Source: Helicobacteraceae bacterium
GTDB taxonomy: Bacteria > Campylobacterota > Campylobacteria > Campylobacterales > SZUA-545
DNA: 64,000 bases
Reading direction: 5' to 3'
Assembly (NCBI GenBank): GCA_031286325.1
Contig: JAITUT010000044.1
Span: 27 to 64,026 of the forward strand
Below are positions 29,532 to 38,603 of the stretch, one piece after another; position 1 is the first letter of the stretch; every line of letters starts with the position of its first letter. A program made the position numbers and the translations under genes. The notes under the pieces were generated by a model, which made no database searches, was not told the DNA's origin, and was given only the letters and a program-made list of their open reading frames with translations.

Positions 29532-30718
29532 AGCACAACCTTTTCACGGCAAAACTGCGTGGCGTTAGTATCGTCATTATCTTGGGCGTCAAATATACCC
29601 AATACCTCTTTTCTTGGACGGACGCATAAAACTATACGCAAAACGCCGCCCGTTTCTTGCAATCTGAACCTCGTAACATCCTGTAGGACCGCGCGCTCTG
29701 GAATCGGCGGCCGCGGTAGAGTCGTACCGCGCCTAAACTGCCTTGGCAAAGTATAGTCATAATAGTCGCCGAGCCAAGGGTGAATATCGTATGCCAACTT
29801 TAATGTAGCGTTTTCATCTACCCACAAAGCGTACGCTCCATTTACTATATAGTGGTTTATAAGCCCTGCGGCGGAATATGAACGCGGAACAAACGCAAAA
29901 GCGTCAGTAGAATTGACCGGCAAAAGCGTAAAGTTCATATCGCCAGTACTGGCGGGAATCATCTTAAAGTAATTTCTTAGGTCTGTTGCATTGCCAATTA
30001 TGTTTCGCCAACCCCACTGATCTACTTTGGAGCCTGCGGTAGAGGTATCGCCGCGCAGATCGCTGCCCGCCAAAACCATTACGCTTAACCCTAGCGAGAA
30101 CGGATCATTATTATTAAGCCAGTCGGCATTATAACCCGGATTTATTGTCAGATAGTGACGGTATTCAGCCTTTTTCGCGATCGTCATATTCCCAAGCGGC
30201 ATAATAAAAGCTTTCGCGTTATCGCGATAATTTTGGTCTGCCTCCGTGGGAATACCGTCGATCGCGTCGCCGTCAAGATAGTGAATCCCGCTCCAACCCG
30301 GCAAAACCCGCGTGTTTGGATGAAGAGGATCGGTTGGGTATTTGGGCGATTGTCCGCGCATAGAATAGTGCGCGATGCCTACCCATTGAAACATTTCGTA
30401 ATCGTCAAAATCGGAGTAATCGTCTATAGCGATAATGTGGTTTTCCTTAAAACGCGGCGAACCTTCGGGACGGATATCGCGCCCGATCGCGCTGTTTTTC
30501 ACGCGGTAAGAGAGGCGATTGCCGATCATATCAAGGGTGCGGCGCATATCGCTTTGCGCGCGCTCTATCTCTTTGCTCATTATATAACGCGAGTAAATAT
30601 GCGAAACAATATCCGCCGTAATCATTGACAAAATAGCCAAAATCACGATAGAAAATATCAGCTCCACCAATGTGAAAGCGCGGCGCGAAGCCCTGTTTGC
30701 CGTGTTTTTCGCGCTCAT
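29528..30718 (-). CDS. large prepilin-type N-terminal domain protein (pseudopilin 2 of 4)
   Basis: 396 aa. N-terminus ...SRRAFTLVELIFSIVILAILSMITA. It has 4-nt overlaps on both sides. Confidence 0.7.
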   Translation of the reverse strand: MSAKNTANRASRRAFTLVELIFSIVILAILSMITADIVSHIYSRYIMSKEIERAQSDMRRTLDMIGNRLSYRVKNSAIGRDIRPEGSPRFKENHIIAIDDYSDFDDYEMFQWVGIAHYSMRGQSPKYPTDPLHPNTRVLPGWSGIHYLDGDAIDGIPTEADQNYRDNAKAFIMPLGNMTIAKKAEYRHYLTINPGYNADWLNNNDPFSLGLSVMVLAGSDLRGDTSTAGSKVDQWGWRNIIGNATDLRNYFKMIPASTGDMNFTLLPVNSTDAFAFVPRSYSAAGLINHYIVNGAYALWVDENATLKLAYDIHPWLGDYYDYTLPRQFRRGTTLPRPPIPERAVLQDVTRFRLQETGGVLRIVLCVRPRKEVLGIFDAQDNDDTNATQFCREKVVL

Positions 30719-31620
30719 TCCGCGCCTCCTATATTAGACGCCACATATCGCAAAGCGCCGATCGGCGTGTTGTTTGCTGTGTTGTCAGTAACTTCAACGG
30801 TGATTACAATAGAGTTTCCCTGATCCGTTCCATCAGGCGTGGGCGTATCTGGGAGATTGCTCCAATCGATGCTTACGTTCGCGTTTTCTATGCCGTCCTT
30901 CGCGCTTCTTTGCGGCGCAAACGGGAGCGCCTCGTCGTTAAGGTTGTGCACCCTAACTCTCATATCAAAGCGACCGATCGTCTGCGTGTATTCGTTCCAC
31001 TCGTTCATTCCCACTCTACCCTTGTTGGGATCTTTGCTGGTATTCCTAATCTTATCAGGCGGAAAATCAATTGTGCCGCCGCCGACAAGTACTCCCGCCG
31101 AGGCGCACTTTCTTGTGAAGTGCGGAACCATAATTTCAATCTTGTCGTCGCCTAACGCGCTACCTGCGGGGGTTTGTTTATAAGAATTTTTATATTCATC
31201 AAAAGCGTCCATCATAGGTTTCGTAAAACTACCTACTCTAAACGGCGCATTCGATGGATGGTCGCCGCCGCAAAAAGATTTATCGGCGGCTACGCTTGGC
31301 GTGATAATCCGCCCGATTGAGTGCGGCGATCTGGCATCGTAGTTTGGCGTGTCATCATATGATCCGTCCAAGTTAAGAGAAGACGGTATATTCTCAACCA
31401 AAACGCTGTTATAAGCCTGCGATAAGATGCGGTTCAAAAGCGCTCCCGCGTGGTAAAGCCCCTCTCCCTCAAAAGACTGGAGATCCGCCTCTATTGATTT
31501 GGAGAGCAACGCGGGAACGGTTACAAAAATCATTCCCAAAAGCATAATCGTGATGATTAACTCGACTATTGAAAAGGCGCCGCGCATATCATTCCTTTTT
31601 ACAAGCGTTTGAGCTGACAT
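30715..31620 (-). CDS. prepilin-type N-terminal domain protein (pseudopilin 1 of 4)
   Basis: 301 aa with ...MRGAFSIVELIITIMLLGMIFV. An alternative start at 31587 would give a short leader. Confidence 0.7.
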   Translation of the reverse strand: MSAQTLVKRNDMRGAFSIVELIITIMLLGMIFVTVPALLSKSIEADLQSFEGEGLYHAGALLNRILSQAYNSVLVENIPSSLNLDGSYDDTPNYDARSPHSIGRIITPSVAADKSFCGGDHPSNAPFRVGSFTKPMMDAFDEYKNSYKQTPAGSALGDDKIEIMVPHFTRKCASAGVLVGGGTIDFPPDKIRNTSKDPNKGRVGMNEWNEYTQTIGRFDMRVRVHNLNDEALPFAPQRSAKDGIENANVSIDWSNLPDTPTPDGTDQGNSIVITVEVTDNTANNTPIGALRYVASNIGGAE

Positions 31621-31663
31621 TCTAGCGATATTTACTAAAAACGTAGCTTAAGTTTAGCGGAAA

Positions 31664-32086
31664 TTACTTTGAATTATTGGTCTCCGAAATGTTCGCTTCT
31701 TTGGCTTCTTTCGCGAGGCGATCGGCGTGTGCCGCTAAACGCGCCTCTTTAGGCGGCGTATAGCCCTCGCCGTCTTTGGCGAACTTTTTCATAAATTTTT
31801 CCAGCGCGGGCAAGTTGGATTGAAATGTTTTTCTTTGCGTCAGCGCTTTGAGCGAGGGGTATTTGCGCGCGAGATCGCTCAAAAATTTTTCGCCGCCCTT
31901 AGCGAAATCGCCCTCCCACTCGGCGGCGGTCTTTTGTTTGGCGAAATCCGCCGCGTTTTGGTTCGCGACAGGCGCGATGAACCTATGAAAGGCGCGTTCG
32001 CCGTCTCCGATCGCGAGATCGCCCGCCGAATACTCCGCCGCCAAAGCCGCCGCGAAAAACATTAAAACCCACGCTAAAATACGCAT
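31664..32086 (-). CDS. hypothetical secreted protein
   Basis: 140 aa with the signal peptide MRILAWVLMFFAAALAA. It lies 44 nt upstream of the pseudopilin operon on the same strand. Confidence 0.5.
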   Translation of the reverse strand: MRILAWVLMFFAAALAAEYSAGDLAIGDGERAFHRFIAPVANQNAADFAKQKTAAEWEGDFAKGGEKFLSDLARKYPSLKALTQRKTFQSNLPALEKFMKKFAKDGEGYTPPKEARLAAHADRLAKEAKEANISETNNSK

Positions 32087-32174
32087 ATTCGCCGCCTTTT
32101 TGAAAGCGGATTATATCGGTTTTCGCCTCTCTCGTTTGGCTTTAAGCAAAAGAATGTATAATCCCGCCTCCAAA

Positions 32175-32250
32175 GTGTCCATAGCTCAATGGATAGAGCA
32201 TCGGTTTGCGGTGCCGAAGGTTGCAGGTTCGAGTCCTGCTGGGCACGCCA
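32175..32250 (+). tRNA. tRNA, anticodon GCG by manual folding (Arg)
   Basis: It folds as a 76-nt cloverleaf: acceptor GTGTCCA/TGGGCAC, D arm GCTC-AATGGATA-GAGC, anticodon arm TCGGT-TTGCGGT-GCCGA, T arm GCAGG-TTCGAGT-CCTGC, and an encoded CCA. Confidence 0.85.
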
Positions 32251-32299
32251 CTAATAATCTGCTACAATCGCGCCGAAATTTTTCCACAGGCGCAAATTA

Positions 32300-34849
32300 A
32301 TGGATATTCGCAAAGAATTTTTAGACTACTTTGAGGGCAAAGGGCATAAAATTTTGCCCTCCTCGCCGCTCGTGCCGAATGACGCGAGCCTTCTATTTAC
32401 AAACGCTGGAATGGTGCAGTTCAAGCCGATTTTCACGGGCGAGACGCCGCCTTTCGCGCCGCCTAGAGCCGCCACGAGCCAAACTTGCGTAAGAGCGGGC
32501 GGCAAACATAACGACCTAGAAAATGTGGGCTATACCGCGCGGCATCACACATTTTTTGAGATGCTCGGCAACTTTTCGTTCGGCGACTACTTCAAAGAGG
32601 AGGCGATCGCTTTCGCGTGGGAATTTCTGACGGCAAAACTTGATCTGCCGCGCGAAAAACTCTATGTGAGCGTTCACGAGAGCGATGACGAAGCCGAAAA
32701 ATTGTGGCTCAAATTCGTGCCGAAAGAGCGGATCAAACGTTTCGGCGACAAGGACAACTTCTGGCAAATGGGCGAGACTGGACCCTGCGGACCCTGCTCT
32801 GAAATTTACTACGATCAAGGCGGCGAGCGGTTTTCCACGAGCGAAGATTACTTCGGCGGGGACGGCGACCGCTTCCTTGAAATTTGGAATCTCGTATTTA
32901 TGCAGTATAACCGCGCGGAGGGCGGCAAATTAACGCCGCTGCCGAAGCCGTCGATTGACACGGGAATGGGTTTGGAGCGCGTTACGGCGATCAAAGAGGG
33001 CGTTTTTAGCAACTACGATTCGTCTATTTTTCGCCCGCTTCTCGCCGCGATCGCCGAAATTACGGGCGTGAGATACGATCCAAACGCCGCCGGCGCGTCA
33101 AGCCAGCGCGTAATCGCCGATCACCTGCGATCGGCTTCGTTTCTCTTAGCGCAAGGCGTCGGCTTTGATCGCGACGGGCGCGGATATGTCCTGCGCAGAA
33201 TCCTGCGCCGCGCGGTGCGGCACGGCTACCTTTTGGGGTGCAAAGAGCCGTTTTTGCACCTTTTAACCCCCGTTTTGGCGGAGCAAATGGGAGCGGTTTA
33301 TCCGTATTTGCTAGATCGCGGCGCGGTAATTCAAGAACAAATCCGCGAGGAAGAGGCGCGGTTTTTCACGACGATCGAGAACGGAATGAAGCTCTTTGAC
33401 GCCGAAATCGCGAAAAAACCCGCGGTTTTCAGCGGTGAAAGCGCGTTCAAACTCTACGATACCTACGGTTTCCCGCTGGATTTAACGCAGGATATGCTGC
33501 GAAATTTAGACATTTCGCTGGATACGGCGGGATTTGACGCGGCTATGGATCGGCAGAAAAAGAGCGCGAAAGCCGCGTGGAAAGGCAGCGGGGATTTAGC
33601 GATCGACGGCGATTTCCGCGCGATCTTAGAAAAGTTCGGCGCGAATGAGTTTGTAGGCTACGAAAACACGCGCTTTGAGGCGAAAATTCTCGCGATTTTG
33701 GACGAAAATTTCCGATTGACGGATCGCTTGAGCGTTGGCGAAACGGGCTGGGTTTTTTTGGACAAAACGCCGCTTTACGCCTCAGGCGGCGGGCAGATTG
33801 GCGATTCGGGCGCGATTGCGATCGCGGGCGAAACCGCGGCGGAGGTTTTGACGACCGAGAAGTTTCACGGTTTGAACTTTTCGCAGGTTAAAACGCGCGC
33901 CCCGTTGCAAACGAACGCGGCGGTTACGGCGATCGTAAGCGCGAAACGCGCGCAAATCGCCAAGCACCACAGCGCGACGCACCTCTTGCACGCCGCGCTC
34001 GGCGAAATTTTGGGCGAAGGCGCGGCGCAGGCGGGATCGGCGGTAGATGAAAACCGCTTGCGCTTTGACTTTTCTTTCGGCAAGGCGGTGAACGGCGAGC
34101 AACTTCGCGCGATTGAGCGGCGCGTAAATGAGATGATCGCGGCGAATTTGGCGGGCGAAACGCGTGTTTTGCCGATTGACGAGGCGCGCAAAATGGGCGC
34201 AAAGGCGCTTTTCAGCGAAAAATACGGCGATCAGGTGAGAGTTGTGAAATTCGGCGACGAAAGCATTGAGTTTTGCGGGGGCGCGCACGTTTTGAACACG
34301 GGGCAAATCGGCGTTTTCGCGATCGTAAAAGAGAGCGGCGTGAGCGCGGGCGCGCGGCGCATTGAGGCGGTCGCGGGCGAGGCGGCGATCCTTTACCTAA
34401 TGAAATTTCGCGAGACTTGCGAGGCTCTTAGCGAGACTTTGAAAACGCAGGATTTACTCGCGGCGGCGGCGAAGTTGCAAGAGACGATCCGCGAACAAAA
34501 AAAGATGATCGAAAAGCTCCAAAGCGGCGGCGAGAGCAAGTTGGAGATCGTAGAAATCGGCGGCGTGAAAACGGTGATCGCGCTTGTTGAGGCGGGCGAT
34601 CCAAAAGCGATGGTTGACGACTTCAAAAACCGCTTTGAACGCGCCGCGGCGATGATTTTTTCGCCGAGCGGAAACGGGTTTTCGGTGGTTTGCGGCGTAA
34701 AAAACGCGCCCGTAAAAGCCGGCGAGTGGATTAAGGGAATTGGCGCTAAAGGCGGCGGGCGCGACGATTTTGCCAGCGGCGGCGGCGTAAGCGATCTAAC
34801 TACGGCGCAAAATCTCGCGTTGGAGTTTTTGAAGTCCAAAATGGCTTAA
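32300..34849 (+). CDS. alaS: alanine--tRNA ligase
   Basis: 849 aa with FTNAGMVQFK, the HHTFFEMLGNFSFGDYFK motif and a C-terminal DHHA1-like region. Confidence 0.95.
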   Translation: MDIRKEFLDYFEGKGHKILPSSPLVPNDASLLFTNAGMVQFKPIFTGETPPFAPPRAATSQTCVRAGGKHNDLENVGYTARHHTFFEMLGNFSFGDYFKEEAIAFAWEFLTAKLDLPREKLYVSVHESDDEAEKLWLKFVPKERIKRFGDKDNFWQMGETGPCGPCSEIYYDQGGERFSTSEDYFGGDGDRFLEIWNLVFMQYNRAEGGKLTPLPKPSIDTGMGLERVTAIKEGVFSNYDSSIFRPLLAAIAEITGVRYDPNAAGASSQRVIADHLRSASFLLAQGVGFDRDGRGYVLRRILRRAVRHGYLLGCKEPFLHLLTPVLAEQMGAVYPYLLDRGAVIQEQIREEEARFFTTIENGMKLFDAEIAKKPAVFSGESAFKLYDTYGFPLDLTQDMLRNLDISLDTAGFDAAMDRQKKSAKAAWKGSGDLAIDGDFRAILEKFGANEFVGYENTRFEAKILAILDENFRLTDRLSVGETGWVFLDKTPLYASGGGQIGDSGAIAIAGETAAEVLTTEKFHGLNFSQVKTRAPLQTNAAVTAIVSAKRAQIAKHHSATHLLHAALGEILGEGAAQAGSAVDENRLRFDFSFGKAVNGEQLRAIERRVNEMIAANLAGETRVLPIDEARKMGAKALFSEKYGDQVRVVKFGDESIEFCGGAHVLNTGQIGVFAIVKESGVSAGARRIEAVAGEAAILYLMKFRETCEALSETLKTQDLLAAAAKLQETIREQKKMIEKLQSGGESKLEIVEIGGVKTVIALVEAGDPKAMVDDFKNRFERAAAMIFSPSGNGFSVVCGVKNAPVKAGEWIKGIGAKGGGRDDFASGGGVSDLTTAQNLALEFLKSKMA

Positions 34850-35045
34850 TTGCAGATCGGTTAATTTTTGCCGCGTGAAATTTCAGATATTTTCCGTAAC
34901 CGACGGCGTTCGCGTATATGATTTAGTTTCGGAGCTTGGAGATATTTTGGGGACGGATTATGGAAAATTTACGGCGCGAGGCGGGTCAATTTGCTAACGA
35001 AGTTGATTGTTCTTAAAAATTTAGAATGTTGATTTGGAGAAATAA

Positions 35046-35609
35046 ATGTTGATTTTGGCTTCGAAATCACCAACGCGCGCCGCGATCTTGCGATCGCGCG
35101 GCGTGAAATTCACGCAAAAAAGCGCGGATTTTGACGAAGATTTAGTTACGGAGCGCGATCCTTATAAATTCGTGGAAATCGCGGCGCGAGGCAAATTAGA
35201 TCGCGCGATCGCGTTATTCGGCGCGGACAAAATCATAATCGCCGCCGATACGATCGTTTCAGTTGGCGGCGAAATCCTGCGCAAAGCGAGCGACGAAGCG
35301 GACGCGCGGGCGAAATTGTTGCTTCAAAGCGGATCGCGCGTAGCGATCGTTACCTGTTCTATTCTGCGCGATCCTGCGGAAACGATCGCGGATTTGAGCG
35401 AGACGATCTACGATTTCGCAGCGTTTGACGAGGGCGATCTATCGGCGTATTTATCAAGCGGCGATTGGCGCGGCAAAGCGGGCGCGATTATGGTCGAAAC
35501 ATTCGGCAAAAAATATATCAGATCGCAAACGGGCTTTGAAAGTTGCGCGATGGGCATTACGATCGAGAAGCTTTTGCCGCGCTTAAATTTACTAGGTTGC
35601 CTCTCTTAA
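35046..35609 (+). CDS. maf: Maf-family nucleoside triphosphate pyrophosphatase
   Basis: 187 aa with LILASKSPTRAAIL and ADTIV. Confidence 0.85.
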   Translation: MLILASKSPTRAAILRSRGVKFTQKSADFDEDLVTERDPYKFVEIAARGKLDRAIALFGADKIIIAADTIVSVGGEILRKASDEADARAKLLLQSGSRVAIVTCSILRDPAETIADLSETIYDFAAFDEGDLSAYLSSGDWRGKAGAIMVETFGKKYIRSQTGFESCAMGITIEKLLPRLNLLGCLS

Positions 35610-35735
35610 TTTCAACTTCGGCAATGCTTCTTTTTATAGGTAAATTTCTCAAAAACGCGGCTCAGTCTTATTTTATTTTAAGAATTTTTTCGCTACGCTT
35701 TCTGATTTGAATTTCATTATCAAATAGGAGCGAAA

Positions 35736-35960
35736 ATGAGCAAGCTTTCAACGCTTAAAGTAGGCGACAAGGCGCGAATCAGCACAGTCGATTGCGAGGG
35801 GGCGTTGCGCGATCGCTTAATTTCGCTCGGCGTCGCGCGCGGCGAAGCTTTTGAGGTGATCGGCAAGAGCGCGATGGGCGTTACCTTTGAAATTATGGTC
35901 GGCGGCAACCGCGTGGCGTTGCGCCGAAACGAAGCGGAATTAATAGGGATAGAGTTATAG
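35736..35960 (+). CDS. feoA: FeoA-family protein
   Basis: 74 aa with LKVGDKARI...LGVARGEAFEV. No feoB is adjacent. Confidence 0.8.
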   Translation: MSKLSTLKVGDKARISTVDCEGALRDRLISLGVARGEAFEVIGKSAMGVTFEIMVGGNRVALRRNEAELIGIEL

Positions 35961-36490
35961 TTTTTGCGGCTACTTGTTTAACTTCTCGCGGGAGCAAAGT
36001 TCCCGCCTACGACCAAAGGGTGATCGCCCTTTGGAAACCCACGAAAATCGCAATTACTTTTTTCGCTCGCGCTTAAAAAGTTGTGATTTTCGCCCGCTCT
36101 GCTACTCGCTACCGCGAGCAGAGCGGGATTTATAGGTTTCATTTGGATTTCGTAGCTCTTAAATGCTGCCCCTCGCAGAATTGAGCGAACCGTAGGGGCG
36201 AACTGCGTTCGCCCGATCGCAACACAACGTCAGCCAGTTATCTATTGTTCTCCCGTTATCTATTTGGAAACCTCGCAAATTGCCGTTCAGCATTGCTGGG
36301 CAATTTTCGCCCGCTACGGAATCGGGCGAACACAGTTCGCCCCTACATATACGCGATCACAACGGGAACATAAGGCTTTAGCTTAAGCTTCGTAGTTCTT
36401 AAATGCCCCCTGTATTTGTCATTGCAAGCGTAAGGATTGTGATTTTTGCGTATCGCCCTCTAAAACGCGAAGCGTAGCAAAAACGCTTTA
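35961..36490. repeat. mosaic intergenic repeat block C (inverted pair of GTAG-headed palindromes at 36192..36214 and 36324..36346)
   Basis: GTAG GGGCGAAC tgc GTTCGCCC is paired with the inverted copy GGGCGAAC aca GTTCGCCC CTAC, about 110 bp apart. There is also an 11-bp perfect hairpin CCCGCTCTGCT/AGCAGAGCGGG (36093-36127). Modules are shared with blocks A, B and D. Confidence 0.8.
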
Positions 36491-36545
36491 AGCAAATTTC
36501 GCTAAACTTCACGCAATTTTTTACCAACGCAAAAAAGGAGACAAG

Positions 36546-37148
36546 ATGAAAAGGGTTTTGATTGCGATTTTGCTGACGGCTGTGTGCCAAAGCGCGGAAA
36601 CTGATTACAAAGTTTATGAGTTGGGCAAAACGGCGCGTGTTGACGACAAGGGCAAGTGCTTGGATATGAAAGGCAATTTGCTTCCCGGTAAAGCGGAGTT
36701 GCAAAAACCTGACGAATTTGAGGACTACGCTACGATCGGAACGCGCTGTATTAACGGCGAGGCGATAGAGGAGCGCGGTTATTATGAGAGCGGCGAACTA
36801 GGATACATCGGGCCGTTAAAAAATAGTAAATACGAAGGGGTCGGTAAGTCTTTTTACGTAAGCGGCAAACTTAAATCAGAATCTTCATTCAAAAACGGTA
36901 CATTCGAGGGGCTCGCAAAATTTTTCTACGAGAGCGGCAAACTTAAAAGTGAAATACCATTCAAAAACGGCGAGAGAGAGGGCGAAATAAAACTTTTCAG
37001 GGAAAACGGCAAAATTCTCGGCGTATTTACATACAAAAATAATAAGGTAATAAGAGGCGTTTGCTATGAAACAAATGGCGAAAAAAGACCTTTCACCAAA
37101 GCCGAGCAAGAACATTGGGATCTAAACGAAGAGGTAACTTGCGATTAA
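36546..37148 (+). CDS. secreted MORN-repeat (YwqK-like) protein
   Basis: 200 aa with a signal peptide and repeated units of the form G..FYESGKLKSE..FKNG..EG. Confidence 0.7.
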   Translation: MKRVLIAILLTAVCQSAETDYKVYELGKTARVDDKGKCLDMKGNLLPGKAELQKPDEFEDYATIGTRCINGEAIEERGYYESGELGYIGPLKNSKYEGVGKSFYVSGKLKSESSFKNGTFEGLAKFFYESGKLKSEIPFKNGEREGEIKLFRENGKILGVFTYKNNKVIRGVCYETNGEKRPFTKAEQEHWDLNEEVTCD

Positions 37149-37379
37149 GTCGCGCGATCGTTATCGCGCCTTGCGATCCTTTGCTACGCTAACTTGTGTA
37201 AATGTCGCGGCGAAAATGTGGTATCGAAAGAATAAAAATGTAGCGGCGGCGCGTATCTGTTTGCGTAGGTTAGGATATTTCAAACTTGATTTTCGCTATT
37301 TCTATGGGCAAGTCAAAAAACGCTCAAGCCTTGCCGCGCAACGCGCCTTCCGATGACCCGCGTTTTTGTCATTGCGAAT

Positions 37380-38429
37380 TTAATCCGCGATCGGGCGCGT
37401 TTTAAGCGACTTCTTCATTTTCAGCCGCGCGAAAGCTTGCATATCCTCTACTTGATCGTATTCGTCCATAATGTCCACGTCGAGAAGCTGCTCGATCGCG
37501 TCTTCTAATGTAACGACCCCCGCCGTCTGCCCGTAGTTATCCACCACCAAAAACAGGTGTTCTTTGCGCTGGATAAACATATCGAGCGCCTTCAAAACAG
37601 GAATGTTCTCGCTGATTCTAAAGATCGGCGACATAATCTCTTCTATGCGTAAATCGCCTTTGCCGCCGATCTCAGATTCCATAATTTTTTTGCCGAATAC
37701 CATTCCAACAACATCGTCAATGTTCGCGTCAAAAACGGGAATACGCGATCGCAGGAAAACCTCGTTCATTCGCACCGCGTCGGCGACTTTCGTATCTTTT
37801 TGCAGGGCGAAAACCACGCTGCGCGGCGTCAAAATATCGCGTACTTTGTCGTCGTCAAGCGACAATAAATTCTCCACCAGATCGGCTTCTTTCTCGCGCA
37901 CCGCGCCGCTTTGCTCGCCGAGTTCCGTGATCGCCAAAATTTCATCGCGGCTGATCTTGTCGTTCTGGTAGAGGCTTTGCCTGCCGAAAATCCCGCTCAC
38001 CCAAACCGCCATAATCGTGAAAGGATATGTAACGATCACAAGCGCTATAATCGTCCGCGCCGAGGCGAACGCTAACTTTTTCCAATATCTCGCGCCGATC
38101 GTCTTTGGCAAAATCTCCGAAAGATACAAAATAAGCAAAGTTAAAACGATCGAGACTACCGCGATATATTTGTCGCCGAATAAGCGCGCCGCTTGAGCTC
38201 CCACGCCCGCCGCGCCGATCGTGTGCGCGAAAGTGTTCAACGTTAAAATCGCCGAAATTGATTTGTCTATATCGCGTTTGACGCGCTTTAAAACCGCGGC
38301 TCTTTGCGGCTCGGTTTTGTCAAGCGATTGAATATATGAGTGCGTTGTGGAGAGCAGCACCGCCTCCAAAACGGAGCAAACGAAAGAGATGGCGAGCGCC
38401 GCGCCTAAATAAACGAGCATTAAAGTCAC
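37380..38429 (-). CDS. CNNM/DUF21 transmembrane domain + CBS-pair protein (HlyC/CorC family)
   Basis: 349 aa with N-terminal TM helices and then tandem CBS-like segments (VRDILTPR...). Confidence 0.8.
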   Translation of the reverse strand: MTLMLVYLGAALAISFVCSVLEAVLLSTTHSYIQSLDKTEPQRAAVLKRVKRDIDKSISAILTLNTFAHTIGAAGVGAQAARLFGDKYIAVVSIVLTLLILYLSEILPKTIGARYWKKLAFASARTIIALVIVTYPFTIMAVWVSGIFGRQSLYQNDKISRDEILAITELGEQSGAVREKEADLVENLLSLDDDKVRDILTPRSVVFALQKDTKVADAVRMNEVFLRSRIPVFDANIDDVVGMVFGKKIMESEIGGKGDLRIEEIMSPIFRISENIPVLKALDMFIQRKEHLFLVVDNYGQTAGVVTLEDAIEQLLDVDIMDEYDQVEDMQAFARLKMKKSLKTRPIAD

Positions 38430-38603
38430 GAGACGCGCCTTATAACGCGCCCGCGACTACTAAACGGGTCAGACAAAGTTTGTCCTTAAATTTGAAACTT
38501 GGCGAATTATACAGATCGTTTGTTTAAGCTACTTTGAACGTCAAAATTTCTTTAATTAGTTTTCTTGTATAATACACGATTTTCTTTTTGCAAAAGGTAG
38601 GGA

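Noticed and set aside
32100-32300. 66-aa ORF
   Set aside because: It is fully explained by the tRNA gene at 32175..32250, which it overlaps.
35961-36490. Considered whether the repeated intergenic modules are a CRISPR array
   Set aside because: There is no regular repeat-spacer periodicity. Units occur in both orientations, with variable module order, and are scattered over many loci. No cas genes are present.
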